From Auanema rhodensis (lineage: Eukaryota > Animalia > Nematoda), in assembly GCA_964057225.1 (NCBI GenBank), contig OZ059895.1, positions 310,001-374,000 of the forward strand: a DNA stretch of 64,000 nucleotides. Reading direction: 5' to 3'. The notes under the pieces are model-generated. The model worked only from the letters and a program-made list of their open reading frames with translations, was not told the DNA's origin and searched no databases. The position numbers and the translations under genes are program-made. The stretch's first letter is position 1; every line of letters begins with the position of its first letter. Of this stretch, positions 13,301 through 29,400 are shown in pieces.

Positions 13301-16300
13301 CGAAAAATTTCAGAATAATTTAGCAAAAAGTAGATGTTTTTAGATTCCATTTTTCAAGGCAAAGACGATGGACAATGCTATTCAACGAAAAAATTAATTC
13401 TTCAGGGTGAAAATCGAGGATATAAGTGTGAACTTATATCAGTTGATATCTCGGTGCATTTTTAAGCTAGCGCAAATCTGATAACACAGATCGACGCAGC
13501 TTAAAAATCCGCATCGAATGCACTAAACTACATTGAGAAACGCTTGATACAAAAATTAGTTATGATCGTTTGAAAAATGATGCATTAGTGTATGTTGAGT
13601 TTCCATGTACACTCAACATTGCTTCCAAAAACATTTTGACAAAAATTTTTTCGAAAAATTTCAAAATAATTTAGCAAAAAGTAGATGTTTTTAGATTCCA
13701 TTTTTCAAGGCAAAGACGATAGACAATGTTATTCAACGAAAAAATTAATTCTTCAGGGTGAAAATCGAGGATATAAGTGTGAACTTATATCAGTTGATAT
13801 CTCGGTGCATTTTTAAGCTAGCGCAAATCTGATAACACAGATCGACGCAGCTTAAAAATCCGCATCGAATGCACTATTTTACATTGAGAAACGCTTAATA
13901 CACAAATTAGTTATGATTGTTTGAAAAATGATGCATTAGTGTATGTTGAGTTTCCATGTACACTCAACATTGCTTCCAAAAACATTTTGACAAAAATTTT
14001 TTCGAAAAATTTCAAAATAATTTAGCAAAAAGTAGATGTTTTTAGATTCCATTTTTCAAGGCAAAGACGATGGACAATGTTATTCAACGAAAAAATTAAT
14101 TCTTCAGGGTGAAAATCGAGGATATAAGTGTGAACTTATATCAGTTGATATCTCGGTGCATTTTTAAGCTAGCGCAAATCTGATAACACAGATCGACGCA
14201 GCTTAAAAATCCGCATCGAATGCACTAAACTACATTGAGAAACGCTTGATACAAAAATTAGTTATGATCGTTTGAAAAATGATGCATTAGTGTATGTTGA
14301 GTTTCCATGTACACTCAACATTGCTTCCAAAAACATTTTGACAAAAATTTTTTCGAAAAATTTCAGAATAATTTAGCAAAAAGTAGATGTTTTTAGATTC
14401 CATTTTTCAAGGCAAAGACGATGGACAATGCTATTCAACGAAAAAATTAATTCTTCAGGGTGAAAATCGAGGATATAAGTGTGAACTTATATCAGTTGAT
14501 ATCTCGGTGCATTTTTAAGCTAGCGCAAATCTGATAACACAGATCGACGCAGCTTAAAAATCCGCATCGAATGCACTATACTACATTGAGAAACGCTTGA
14601 TACAAAAATTAGTTATGATCGTTTGAAAAATGATGCATTAGTGTATGTTGAGTTTCCATGTACACTCAACATTGCTTCCAAAAACATTTTGACAAAAATT
14701 TTTTCGAAAAATTTCAAAATAATTTAGCAAAAAGTAGATGTTTTTAGATTCCTTTTCTTAAGGCAAAGACGATGGACAATGTTATTCAACGAAAAAATTA
14801 ATTCTTCAGGGTGAAAATCGAGGATATAAGTGTGAACTTATATCAGTTGATATCTCGGTGCATTTTTAAGCTAGCGCAAATCTGATAACACAGATCGACG
14901 CAGCTTAAAAATCCGCATCGAATGCACTATACTACATTGAGAAACGCTTAATACACAAATTAGTTATGATCGTTTGAAAAATGATGCATTAGTGTATGTT
15001 GAGTTTCCATGTACACTCAACATTGCTTCCAAAAACATTTTGACAAAAATTTTTTCGAAAAATTTCAAAATAATTTAGCAAAAAGTAGATGTTTTTAGAT
15101 TCCATTTTTCAAGGCAAAGACGATAGACAATGTTATTCAACGAAAAAATTAATTCTTCAGGGTGAAAATCGAGGATATAAGTGTGAACTTATATCAGTTG
15201 ATATCTCGGTGCATTTTTAAGCTAGCGCAAATCTGATAACACAGATCGACGCAGCTTAAAAATCCGCATCGAATGCACTAAACTACATTGAGAAACGCTT
15301 GATACAAAAATTAGTTATGATCGTTTGAAAAATGATGCATTAGTGTATGTTGAGTTTCCATGTACACTCAACATTGCTTCCAAAAACATTTTGACAAAAA
15401 TTTTTTCGAAAAATTTCAAAATAATTTAGCAAAAAGTAGATGTTTTTAGATTCCTTTTCTTAAGGCAAAGACGATGGACAATGTTATTCAACGAAAAAAT
15501 TAATTCTTCAGGGTGAAAATCGAGGATATAAGTGTGAACTTATATCAGTTGATATCTCGGTGCATTTTTAAGCTAGCGCAAATCTGATAACACAGATCGA
15601 CGCAACTTAAAAATCCGCATCGAATGCACTATACTACATCGAGAAACGCTTGATACAAAAATTAGTTATGATCGTTTGAAAAATGATGCATTAGTGTATG
15701 TTGAGTTTCCATGTACACTCAACATTGCTTCCAAAAACATTTTGACAAAAATTTTTTCGAAAAATTTCAAAATAATTTAGCAAAAAGTAGATGTTTTTAG
15801 ATTCCTTTTCTTAAGGCAAAGACGATGGACAATGTTATTCAACGAAAAAATTAATTCTTCAGGGTGAAAATCGAGGATATAAGTGTGAACTTATATCAGT
15901 TGATATCTCGGTGCATTTTTAAGCTAGCGCAAATCTGATAACACAGATCGACGCAACTTAAAAATCCGCATCGAATGCACTATACTACATCGAGAAACGC
16001 TTGATACAAAAATTAGTTATGATCGTTTGAAAAATGATGCATTAGTGTATGTTGAGTTTCCATGTACACTCAACATTGCTTCCAAAAACATTTTGACAAA
16101 AATTTTTTCGAAAAATTTCAAAATAATTTAGCAAAAAGTAGATGTTTTTAGATTCCATTTTTCAAGGCAAAGACGATGGACAATGTTATTCAACGAAAAA
16201 ATTAATTCTTCAGGGTGAAAATCGAGGATATAAGTGTGAACTTATATCAGTTGATATCTCGGTGCATTTTTAAGCTAGCGCAAATCTGATAACACAGATC

Positions 16301-19300
16301 GACGCAGCTTAAAAATCCGCATCGAATGCACTATACTACATTGAGAAACGCTTGATACAAAAATTAGTTATGATTGTTTGAAAAATGATGCATTAGTGTA
16401 TGTTGAGTTTCCATGTACACTCAACATTGCTTCCAAAAACATTTTGACAAAAATTTTTTCGAAAAATTTCAAAATAATTTAGCAAAAAGTAGATGTTTTT
16501 AGATTCCTTTTCTTAAGGCAAAGACGATGGACAATGTTATTCAACGAAAAAATTAATTCTTCAGGGTGAAAATCGAGGATATAAGTGTGAACTTATATCA
16601 GTTGATATCTCGGTGCATTTTTAAGCTAGCGCAAATCTGATAACACAGATCGACGCAGCTTAAAAATCCGCATCGAATGCACTATACTACATTGAGAAAC
16701 GCTTAATACACAAATTAGTTATGATCGTTTGAAAAATGATGCATTAGTGTATGTTGAGTTTCCATGTACACTCAACATTGCTTCCAAAAACATTTTGACA
16801 AAAATTTTTTCGAAAAATTTCAAAATAATTTAGCAAAAAGTAGATGTTTTTAGATTCCATTTTTCAAGGCAAAGACGATAGACAATGTTATTCAACGAAA
16901 AAATTAATTCTTCAGGGTGAAAATCGAGGATATAAGTGTGAACTTATATCAGTTGATATCTCGGTGCATTTTTAAGCTAGCGCAAATCTGATAACACAGA
17001 TCGACGCAGCTTAAAAATCCGCATCGAATGCACTATTTTACATTGAGAAACGCTTAATACACAAATTAGTTATGATTGTTTGAAAAATGATGCATTAGTG
17101 TATGTTGAGTTTCCATGTACACTCAACATTGCTTCCAAAAACATTTTGACAAAAATTTTTTCGAAAAATTTCAAAATAATTTAGCAAAAAGTAGATGTTT
17201 TTAGATTTCTTTTTTCAAGGCAAAGACGATGGACCATGCTATTCAACGAAAAAATTAATTCTTCAGGGTGAAAATCGAGGATATAAGTGTGAACTTATAT
17301 CAGTTGATATCTCGGTGCATTTTTAAGCTAGCGCAAATCTGATAACACAGATCGACGCAGCTTAAAAATCCGCATCGAATGCACTATACTGCATTGAAAA
17401 ACGCTTGATACAAAAATTAGTTATGATTGTTTGAAAAATGATGCATTAGTGTATGTTGAGTTTCCATGTACACTCAACATTGCTTCCAAAAACATTTTGA
17501 CAAAAATTTTTTCGAAAAATTTCAAAATAATTTAGCAAAAAGTAGATGTTTTTAGATTCCTTTTCTTAAGGCAAAGACGATGGACAATGTTATTCAACGA
17601 AAAAATTAATTCTTCAGGGTGAAAATCGAGGATATAAGTGTGAACTTATATCAGTTGATATCTCGGTGCATTTTTAAGCTAGCGCAAATCTGATAACACA
17701 GATCGACGCAGCTTAAAAATCCGCATCGAATGAACTATACTACATTGAGAAATTAGTTATGATCGTTTGAAAAATGATGCATTAGTGTATGTTGAGTTTC
17801 CATGTACACTCAACATTGCTTCCAAAAACATTTTGACAAAAATTTTTTCGAAAAATTTCAAAATAATTTAGCAAAAAGTAGATGTTTTTAGATTCCATTT
17901 TTCAAGGCAAAGACGATGGACAATGTTATTCAACGAAAAAATTAATTCTTCAGGGTGAAAATCGAGGATATAAGTGTGAACTTATATCAGTTGATATCTC
18001 GGTGCATTTTTAAGCTAGCGCAAATCTGATAACACAGATCGACGCAGCTTAAAAATCCGCATCGAATGCACTAAACTACATTGAGAAACGCTTGATACAA
18101 AAATTAGTTATGATCGTTTGAAAAATGATGCATTAGTGTATGTTGAGTTTCCATGTACACTCAACATTGCTTCCAAAAACATTTTGACAAAAATTTTTTC
18201 GAAAAATTTCAAAATAATTTAGCAAAAAGTAGATGTTTTTAGATTCCATTTTTCAAGGCAAAGACGATAGGCAATGTTATTCAACGAAAAAATTAATTCT
18301 TCAGGGTGAAAATCGAGGATATAAGTGTGAACTTATATCAGTTGATATCTCGGTGCATTTTTAAGCTAGCGCAAATCTGATAACACAGATCGACGCAGCT
18401 TAAAAATCCGCATCGAATGCACTATACTACATTGAGAAACGCTTGATACAAAAATTAGTTATGATTGTTTGAAAAATGATGCATTAGTGTATGTTGAGTT
18501 TCCATGTACACTCAACATTGCTTCCAAAAACATTTTGACAAAAATTTTTTCGAAAAATTTCAAAATAATTTAGCAAAAAGTAGATGTTTTTAGATTCCTT
18601 TTCTTAAGGCAAAGACGATGGACAATGTTATTCAACGAAAAAATTAATTCTTCAGGGTGAAAATCGAGGATATAAGTGTGAACTTATATCAGTTGATATC
18701 TCGGTGCATTTTTAAGCTAGCGCAAATCTGATAACACAGATCGACGCAGCTTAAAAATCCGCATCGAATGCACTATACTACATTGAGAAACGCTTAATAC
18801 ACAAATTAGTTATGATCGTTTGAAAAATGATGCATTAGTGTATGTTGAGTTTCCATGTACACTCAACATTGCTTCCAAAAACATTTTGACAAAAATTTTT
18901 TCGAAAAATTTCAAAATAATTTAGCAAAAAGTAGATGTTTTTAGATTCCATTTCTCAAGGCAAAGACGATAGACAATGTTATTCAACGAAAAAATTAATT
19001 CTTCAGGGTGAAAATCGAGGATATAAGTGTGAACTTATATCAGTTGATATCTCGGTGCATTTTTAAGCTAGCGCAAATCTGATAACACAGATCGACGCAG
19101 CTTAAAAATCCGCATCGAATGCACTATACTACATTGAGAAACGCTTAATACACAAATTAGTTATGATTGTTTGAAAAATGATGCATTAGTGTATGTTGAG
19201 TTTCCATGTACACTCAACATTGCTTCCAAAAACATTTTGACAAAAATTTTTTCGAAAAATTTCAAAATAATTTAGCAAAAAGTAGATGTTTTTAGATTTC

Positions 19301-22300
19301 TTTTTTCAAGGCAAAGACGATGGACCATGCTATTCAACGAAAAAATTAATTCTTCAGGGTGAAAATCGAGGATATAAGTGTGAACTTATATCAGTTGATA
19401 TCTCGGTGCATTTTTAAGCTAGCGCAAATCTGATAACACAGATCGACGCAGCTTAAAAATCCGCATCGAATGCACTATACTGCATTGAAAAACGCTTGAT
19501 ACAAAAATTAGTTATGATTGTTTGAAAAATGATGCATTAGTGTATGTTGAGTTTCCATGTACACTCAACATTGCTTCCAAAAACATTTTGACAAAAATTT
19601 TTTCGAAAAATTTCAAAATAATTTAGCAAAAAGTAGATGTTTTTAGATTCCTTTTCTTAAGGCAAAGACGATGGACAATGTTATTCAACGAAAAAATTAA
19701 TTCTTCAGGGTGAAAATCGAGGATATAAGTGTGAACTTATATCAGTTGATATCTCGGTGCATTTTTAAGCTAGCGCAAATCTGATAACACAGATCGACGC
19801 AGCTTAAAAATCCGCATCGAATGAACTATACTACATTGAGAAATTAGTTATGATCGTTTGAAAAATGATGCATTAGTGTATGTTGAGTTTCCATGTACAC
19901 TCAACATTGCTTCCAAAAACATTTTGACAAAAATTTTTTCGAAAAATTTCAAAATAATTTAGCAAAAAGTAGATGTTTTTAGATTCCATTTTTCAAGGCA
20001 AAGACGATGGACAATGTTATTCAACGAAAAAATTAATTCTTCAGGGTGAAAATCGAGGATATAAGTGTGAACTTATATCAGTTGATATCTCGGTGCATTT
20101 TTAAGCTAGCGCAAATCTGATAACACAGATCGACGCAGCTTAAAAATCCGCATCGAATGCACTAAACTACATTGAGAAACGCTTGATACAAAAATTAGTT
20201 ATGATCGTTCGAAAAATGATGCATTAGTGTATGTTGAGTTTCCATGTACACTCAACATTGCTTCCAAAAACATTTTGACAAAAATTTTTTCGAAAAATTT
20301 CAAAATAATTTAGCAAAAAGTAGATGTTTTTAGATTCCATTTTTCAAGGCAAAGACGATGGACAATGTTATTCAACGAAAAAATTAATTCTTCAGGGTGA
20401 AAATCGAGGATATAAGTGTGAACTTATATCAGTTGATATCTCGGTGCATTTTTAAGCTAGCGCAAATCTGATAACACAGATCGACGCAGCTTAAAAATCC
20501 GCATCGAATGCACTAAACTACATTGAGAAACGCTTGATACAAAAATTAGTTATGATCGTTTGAAAAATGATGCATTAGTGTATGTTGAGTTTCCATGTAC
20601 ACTCAACATTGCTTCCAAAAACATTTTGACAAAAATTTTTTCGAAAAATTTCAGAATAATTTAGCAAAAAGTAGATGTTTTTAGATTCCATTTTTCAAGG
20701 CAAAGACGATGGACAATGCTATTCAACGAAAAAATTAATTCTTCAGGGTGAAAATCGAGGATATAAGTGTGAACTTATATCAGTTGATATCTCGGTGCAT
20801 TTTTAAGCTAGCGCAAATCTGATAACACAGATCGACGCAGCTTAAAAATGAGCATCGAATGCACTATACTACATTGAGAAACGCTTGATACAAAAATTAG
20901 TTATGATCGTTTGAAAAATGATGCATTAGTGTATGTTGAGTTTCCATGTACACACAACATTGCTTCCAAAAACATTTTGACAAAAACTTTTTCGAAAAAT
21001 TTCAAAATAATTTAGCAAAAAGTAGATGTTTTTAGATTCTTTTTTTTAAGGCAAAGACGATGGACAATGTTATTCAACGAAAAAATTAATTCTTCAGGGT
21101 GAAAATCGAGGATATAAGTGTGAACTTATATCAGTTGATATCTCGGTGCATTTTTAAGCTAGCGCAAATCTGATAACACAGATCGACGCAGCTTAAAAAT
21201 CCGCATCGAATGCACTATACTACATTGAGAAACGCTTGATACAAAAATTAGTTATGATTGTTTGAAAAATGATGCATTAGTGTATGTTGAGTTTCCATGT
21301 ACACTCAACATTGCTTCCAAAAACATTTTGACAAAAATTTTTTCGAAAAATTTCAAAATAATTTAGCAAAAAGTAGATGTTTTTAGATTCCATTTTTCAA
21401 GGCAAAGACGATAGGCAATGTTATTCAACGAAAAAATTAATTCTTCAGGGTGAAAATCGAGGATATAAGTGTGAACTTATATCAGTTGATATCTCGGTGC
21501 ATTTTTAAGCTAGCGCAAATCTGATAACACAGATCGACGCAGCTTAAAAATCCGCATCGAATGCACTATACTACATTGAGAAACGCTTGATACAAAAATT
21601 AGTTATGATTGTTTGAAAAATGATGCATTAGTGTATGTTGAGTTTCCATGTACACTCAACATTGCTTCCAAAAACATTTGGACAAAAACTTTTTCGAAAA
21701 ATTTCAAAATAATTTAGCAAAAAGTAGATGTTTTTAGATTCTTTTTTTTAAGGCAAAGACGATGGACAATGTTATTCAACGAAAAAATTAATTCTTCAGT
21801 TTGAAAATCGAGGATATAAGTGTGAACTTATATCAGTTGATATCTCGGTGCATTTTTAAGCTAGCGCAAATCTGATAACACAGATCGACGCAGCTTAAAA
21901 ATCCGCATCGAATGCACTATACTACATTGAGAAACGCTTGATACAAAAATTAGTTATGATTGTTTGAAAAATGATGCATTAGTGTATGTTGAGTTTCCAT
22001 GTACACTCAACATTGCTTCCAAAAACATTTTGACAAAAATTTTTTCGAAAAATTTCAAAATAATTTAGCAAAAAGTAGATGTTTTTAGATTCCATTTTTC
22101 AAGGCAAAGACGATAGGCAATGTTATTCAACGAAAAAATTAATTCTTCAGGGTGAAAATCGAGGATATAAGTGTGAACTTATATCAGTTGATATCTCGGT
22201 GCATTTTTAAGCTAGCGCAAATCTGATAACACAGATCGACGCAGCTTAAAAATCCGCATCGAATGCACTATACTACATTGAGAAACGCTTGATACAAAAA

Positions 22301-23106
22301 TTAGTTATGATTGTTTGAAAAATGATGCATTAGTGTATGTTGAGTTTCCATGTACACTCAACATTGCTTCCAAAAACATTTTGACAAAAATTTTTTCGAA
22401 AAATTTCAAAATAATTTAGCAAAAAGTAGATGTTTTTAGATTCCTTTTTTTAAGGCAAAGACGATGGACAATGTTATTCAACGAAAAAATTGATTCTTCA
22501 GGGTGAAAATCGAGGATATAAGTGTGAACTTATATCAGTTGATATCTCGGTGCATTTTTAAGCTAGCGCAAATTTGATAACACAGATCGACGCAGCTTAA
22601 AAATCCGCATCGAATGCACTATACTACATTGAGAAACGCTTGATACAAAAATTAGTTATGATTGTTTGAAAAATGATGCATTAGTGTATGTTGAGTTTCC
22701 ATGTACACTCAACATTGCTTCCAAAAACATTTTGACAAAAATTTTTTCGAAAAATTTCAAAATAATTTAGCAAAAAATTGATGTTTTTAGATTCCATTCT
22801 TCAAGGCAAAGACGATAGGCAATGTTATTCAACGAAAAAATTAATTCTTCAGGGTGAAAATCGAGGATATAAGTGTGAACTTATATCAGTTGATATCTCG
22901 GTGCATTTTTAAGCTAGCGCAAATCTGATAACACAGATCGACGCAGCTTAAAAATCCGCATCGAATGCACTATACTACATTGAGAAACGCTTGATACAAA
23001 AATTAGTTATGATTGTTTGAAAAATGATGCATTAGTGTATGTTGAGTTTCCATGTACACTCAACATTGCTTCCAAAAACATTTTGACAAAAATTTTTTCG
23101 AAAAAT

Positions 23107-23482
23107 TTCAAAATAATTTAGCAAAAAGTAGATGTTTTTAGATTCCTTTTTTTAAGGCAAAGACGATGGACAATGTTATTCAACGAAAAAATTAATTCTT
23201 CAGGGTGAAAAAAAAATTAATTCTTCAGGGTGAAAATCGAGGATATAAGTGTGAACTTATATCAGTTGATATCTCGGTGCATTTTTAAGCTAGCGCAAAT
23301 TTGATAACACAGATCGACGCAGCTTAAAAATTCGCATCGAATGCACTATACTACATTGAGAAACGCTTGATACAAAAATTAGTTATGATTGTTTGAAAAA
23401 TGATGCATTAGTGTATGTTGAGTTTCCATGTACACTCAACATTGCTTCCAAAAACATTTTGACAAAAATTTTTTCGAAAAAT
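23107..23482 (+). repeat. First 376-bp monomer variant, carrying a 25-bp internal tandem duplication; about 22 forward copies at 23.2-35.6 and 46.1-48.0 kb, and 3 inverted copies at 51.4-52.1 kb
   Basis: aaaaattaattcttcagggtgaaaa is doubled at 23187-23236. The period here is 376. Confidence 0.95.
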
Positions 23483-26400
23483 TTCAAAATAATTTAGCAA
23501 AAAATTGATGTTTTTAGATTCCATTTTTCAAGGCAAAGACGATAGGCAATGTTATTCAACGAAAAAATTAATTCTTCAGGGTGAAAATCGAGGATATAAG
23601 TGTGAACTTATATCAGTTGATATCTCGGTGCATTTTTAAGCTAGCGCAAATCTGATAACACAGATCGACGCAGCTTAAAAATCCGCATCGAATGCACTAT
23701 ACTACATTGAGAAACGCTTGATACAAAAATTAGTTATGATTGTTTGAAAAATGATGCATTAGTGTATGTTGAGTTTCCATGTACACTCAACATTGCTTCC
23801 AAAAACATTTTGACAAAAATTTTTTCGAAAAATTTCAAAATAATTTAGCAAAAAGTAGATGTTTTTAGATTCCTTTTTTTAAGGCAAAGACGATGGACAA
23901 TGTTATTCAACGAAAAAATTAATTCTTCAGGGTGAAAAAAAAATTAATTCTTCAGGGTGAAAATCGAGGATATAAGTGTGAACTTATATCAGTTGATATC
24001 TCGGTGCATTTTTAAGCTAGCGCAAATTTGATAACACAGATCGACGCAGCTTAAAAATCCGCATCGAATGCACTATACTACATTGAGAAACGCTTGATAC
24101 AAAAATTAGTTATGATTGTTTGAAAAATGATGCATTAGTGTATGTTGAGTTTCCATGTACACTCAACATTGCTTCCAAAAACATTTTGACAAAAATTTTT
24201 TCGAAAAATTTCAAAATAATTTAGCAAAAAGTAGATGTTTTTAGATTCCTTTTTTTAAGACAAAGACGATGGACAATGTTATTCAACGAAAAAATTAATT
24301 CTTCAGGGTGAAAAAAAAATTAATTCTTCAGGGTGAAAATCGAGGATATAAGTGTGAACTTATATCAGTTGATATCTCGGTGCATTTTTAAGCTAGCGCA
24401 AATTTGATAACACAGATCGACGCAGCTTAAAAATCCGCATCGAATGCACTATACTACATTGAGAAACGCTTGATACAAAAATTAGTTATGATTGTTTGAA
24501 AAATGATGCATTAGTGTATGTTGAGTTTCCATGTACACTCAACATTGCTTCCAAAAACATTTTGACAAAAATTTTTTCGAAAAATTTCAAAATAATTTAG
24601 CAAAAAATTGATGTTTTTAGATTCCATTCTTCAAGGCAAAGACGATAGGCAATGTTATTCAACGAAAAAATTAATTCTTCAGGGTGAAAATCGAGGATAT
24701 AAGTGTGAACTTATATCAGTTGATATCTCGGTGCATTTTTAAGCTAGCGCAAATCTGATAACACAGATCGACGCAGCTTAAAAATCCGCATCGAATGCAC
24801 TATACTACATTGAGAAACGCTTGATACAAAAATTAGTTATGATTGTTTGAAAAATGATGCATTAGTGTATGTTGAGTTTCCATGTACACTCAACATTGCT
24901 TCCAAAAACATTTTGACAAAAATTTTTTCGAAAAATTTCAAAATAATTTAGCAAAAAGTAGATGTTTTTAGATTCCTTTTTTTAAGGCAAAGACGATGGA
25001 CAATGTTATTCAACGAAAAAATTAATTCTTCAGGGTGAAAAAAAAATTAATTCTTCAGGGTGAAAATCGAGGATATAAGTGTGAACTTATATCAGTTGAT
25101 ATCTCGGTGCATTTTTAAGCTAGCGCAAATTTGATAACACAGATCGACGCAGCTTAAAAATCCGCATCGAATGCACTATACTACATTGAGAAACGCTTGA
25201 TACAAAAATTAGTTATGATTGTTTGAAAAATGATGCATTAGTGTATGTTGAGTTTCCATGTACACTCAACATTGCTTCCAAAAACATTTTGACAAAAATT
25301 TTTTCGAAAAATTTCAAAATAATTTAGCAAAAAATTGATGTTTTTAGATCCCATTTTTCAAGGCAAAGACGATAGGCAATGTTATTCAACGAAAAAATTA
25401 ATTCTTCAGGGTGAAAATCGAGGATATAAGTGTGAACTTATATCAGTTGATATCTCGGTGCATTTTTAAGCTAGCGCAAATCTGATAACACAGATCGACG
25501 CAGCTTAAAAATCCGCATCGAATGCACTATACTACATTGAGAAACGCTTGATACAAAAATTAGTTATGATTGTTTGAAAAATGATGCATTAGTGTATGTT
25601 GAGTTTCCATGTACACTCAACATTGCTTCCAAAAACATTTTGACAAAAATTTTTTCGAAAAATTTCAAAATAATTTAGCAAAAAGTAGATGTTTTTAGAT
25701 TCCTTTTTTTAAGGCAAAGACGATGGACAATGTTATTCAACGAAAAAATTAATTCTTCAGGGTGAAAAAAAAATTAATTCTTCAGGGTGAAAATCGAGGA
25801 TATAAGTGTGAACTTATATCAGTTGATATCTCGGTGCATTTGCAAGCTAGCGCAAATCTGATAACACAGATCGACGCAGCTTAAAAATCCGCATCGAATG
25901 CACTATACTACATCAAGAAACGCTTGATACAAAAATTAGTTATGATCGTTTGAAAAATGATGCATTAGTGTATGTTGAGTTTCCATGTACACTCAACATT
26001 GCTTCCAAAAACATTTTGACAAAAATTTTTTCGAAAAATTTCAAAATAATTTAGCAAAAAATAGATGTTTTTAGATTCCATTTTTTAAGGCAAAGACGAT
26101 AGGCAATGTTATTCAACGAAAAAATTAATTCTTCAGGGTGAAAATCGAGGATATAAGTGTGAACTTATATCAGTTGATATCTCGGTGCATTTTTAAGCTA
26201 GCGCAAATCTGATAACACAGATCGACGCAGCTTAAAAATCCGCATCGAATGCACTATACTACATTGAGAAACGCTTGATACAAAAATTAGTTATGATTGT
26301 TTGAAAAATGATGCATTAGTGTATGTTGAGTTTCCATGTACACTCAACATTGCTTCCAAAAACATTTTGACAAAAATTTTTTCGAAAAATTTCAAAATAA

Positions 26401-29400
26401 TTTAGCAAAAAGTAGATGTTTTTAGATTCCTTTTTTTAAGGCAAAGACGATGGACAATGTTATTTAACGAAAAAATTAATTCTTCAGGGTGAAAAAAAAA
26501 TTAATTCTTCAGGGTGAAAATCGAGGATATAAGTGTGAACTTATATCAGTTGATATCTCGGTGCATTTTTAAGCTAGCGCAAATTTGATAACACAGATCG
26601 ACGCAGCTTAAAAATCCGCATCGAATGCACTATACTACATTGAGAAACGCTTGATACAAAAATTAGTTATGATTGTTTGAAAAATGATGCATTAGTGTAT
26701 GTTGAGTTTCCATGTACACTCAACATTGCTTCCAAAAACATTTTGACAAAAATTTTTTCGAAAAATTTCAAAATAATTTAGCAAAAAGTAGATGTTTTTA
26801 GATTCCTTTTTTTAAGGCAAAGACGATGGACAATGTTATTCAACGAAAAAATTAATTCTTCAGGGTGAAAAAAAAATTAATTCTTCAGGGTGAAAATCGA
26901 GGATATAAGTGTGAACTTATATCAGTTGATATCTCGGTGCATTTTTAAGCTAGCGCAAATTTGATAACACAGATCGACGCAGCTTAAAAATCCGCATCGA
27001 ATGCACTATACTACATTGAGAAACGCTTGATACAAAAATTAGTTATGATTGTTTGAAAAATGATGCATTAGTGTATGTTGAGTTTCCATGTACACTCAAC
27101 ATTGCTTCCAAAAACATTTTGACAAAAATTTTTTCGAAAAATTTCAAAATAATTTAGCAAAAAATTGATGTTTTTAGATTCCATTTTTCAAGGCAAAGAC
27201 GATAGGCAATGTTATTCAACGAAAAAATTAATTCTTCAGGGTGAAAATCGAGGATATAAGTGTGAACTTATATCAGTTGATATCTCGGTGCATTTTTAAG
27301 CTAGCGCAAATCTGATAACACAGATCGACGCAGCTTAAAAATCCGCATCGAATGCACTATACTACATTGAGAAACGCTTGATACAAAAATTAGTTATGAT
27401 TGTTTGAAAAATGATGCATTAGTGTATGTTGAGTTTCCATGTACACTCAACATTGCTTCCAAAAACATTTTGACAAAAATTTTTTCGAAAAATTTCAAAA
27501 TAATTTAGCAAAAAGTAGATGTTTTTAGATTCCTTTTTTTAAGGCAAAGACGATGGACAATGTTATTCAACGAAAAAATTAATTCTTCAGGGTGAAAAAA
27601 AAATTAATTCTTCAGGGTGAAAATCGAGGATATAAGTGTGAACTTATATCAGTTGATATCTCGGTGCATTTTTAAGCTAGCGCAAATTTGATAACACAGA
27701 TCGACGCAGCTTAAAAATCCGCATCGAATGCACTATACTACATTGAGAAACGCTTGATACAAAAATTAGTTATGATTGTTTGAAAAATGATGCATTAGTG
27801 TATGTTGAGTTTCCATGTACACTCAACATTGCTTCCAAAAACATTTTGACAAAAATTTTTTCGAAAAATTTCAAAATAATTTAGCAAAAAGTAGATGTTT
27901 TTAGATTCCTTTTTTTAAGGCAAAGACGATGGACAATGTTATTCAACGAAAAAATTAATTCTTCAGGGTGAAAAAAAAATTAATTCTTCAGGGTGAAAAT
28001 CGAGGATATAAGTGTGAACTTATATCAGTTGATATCTCGGTGCATTTTTAAGCTAGCGCAAATTTGATAACACAGATCGACGCAGCTTAAAAATCCGCAT
28101 CGAATGCACTATACTACATTGAGAAACGCTTGATACAAAAATTAGTTATGATTGTTTGAAAAATGATGCATTAGTGTATGTTGAGTTTCCATGTACACTC
28201 AACATTGCTTCCAAAAACATTTTGACAAAAATTTTTTCGAAAAATTTCAAAATAATTTAGCAAAAAATTGATGTTTTTAGATTCCATTCTTCAAGGCAAA
28301 GACGATAGGCAATGTTATTCAACGAAAAAATTAATTCTTCAGGGTGAAAATCGAGGATATAAGTGTGAACTTATATCAGTTGATATCTCGGTGCATTTTT
28401 AAGCTAGCGCAAATCTGATAACACAGATCGACGCAGCTTAAAAATCCGCATCGAATGCACTATACTACATTGAGAAACGCTTGATACAAAAATTAGTTAT
28501 GATTGTTTGAAAAATGATGCATTAGTGTATGTTGAGTTTCCATGTACACTCAACATTGCTTCCAAAAACATTTTGACAAAAATTTTTTCGAAAAATTTCA
28601 AAATAATTTAGCAAAAAGTAGATGTTTTTAGATTCCTTTTTTTAAGGCAAAGACGATGGACAATGTTATTCAACGAAAAAATTAATTCTTCAGGGTGAAA
28701 AAAAAATTAATTCTTCAGGGTGAAAATCGAGGATATAAGTGTGAACTTATATCAGTTGATATCTCGGTGCATTTTTAAGCTAGCGCAAATTTGATAACAC
28801 AGATCGACGCAGCTTAAAAATCCGCATCGAATGCACTATACTACATTGAGAAACGCTTGATACAAAAATTAGTTATGATTGTTTGAAAAATGATGCATTA
28901 GTGTATGTTGAGTTTCCATGTACACTCAACATTGCTTCCAAAAACATTTTGACAAAAATTTTTTCGAAAAATTTCAAAATAATTTAGCAAAAAATTGATG
29001 TTTTTAGATCCCATTTTTCAAGGCAAAGACGATAGGCAATGTTATTCAACGAAAAAATTAATTCTTCAGGGTGAAAATCGAGGATATAAGTGTGAACTTA
29101 TATCAGTTGATATCTCGGTGCATTTTTAAGCTAGCGCAAATCTGATAACACAGATCGACGCAGCTTAAAAATCCGCATCGAATGCACTATACTACATTGA
29201 GAAACGCTTGATACAAAAATTAGTTATGATTGTTTGAAAAATGATGCATTAGTGTATGTTGAGTTTCCATGTACACTCAACATTGCTTCCAAAAACATTT
29301 TGACAAAAATTTTTTCGAAAAATTTCAAAATAATTTAGCAAAAAGTAGATGTTTTTAGATTCCTTTTTTTAAGGCAAAGACGATGGACAATGTTATTCAA

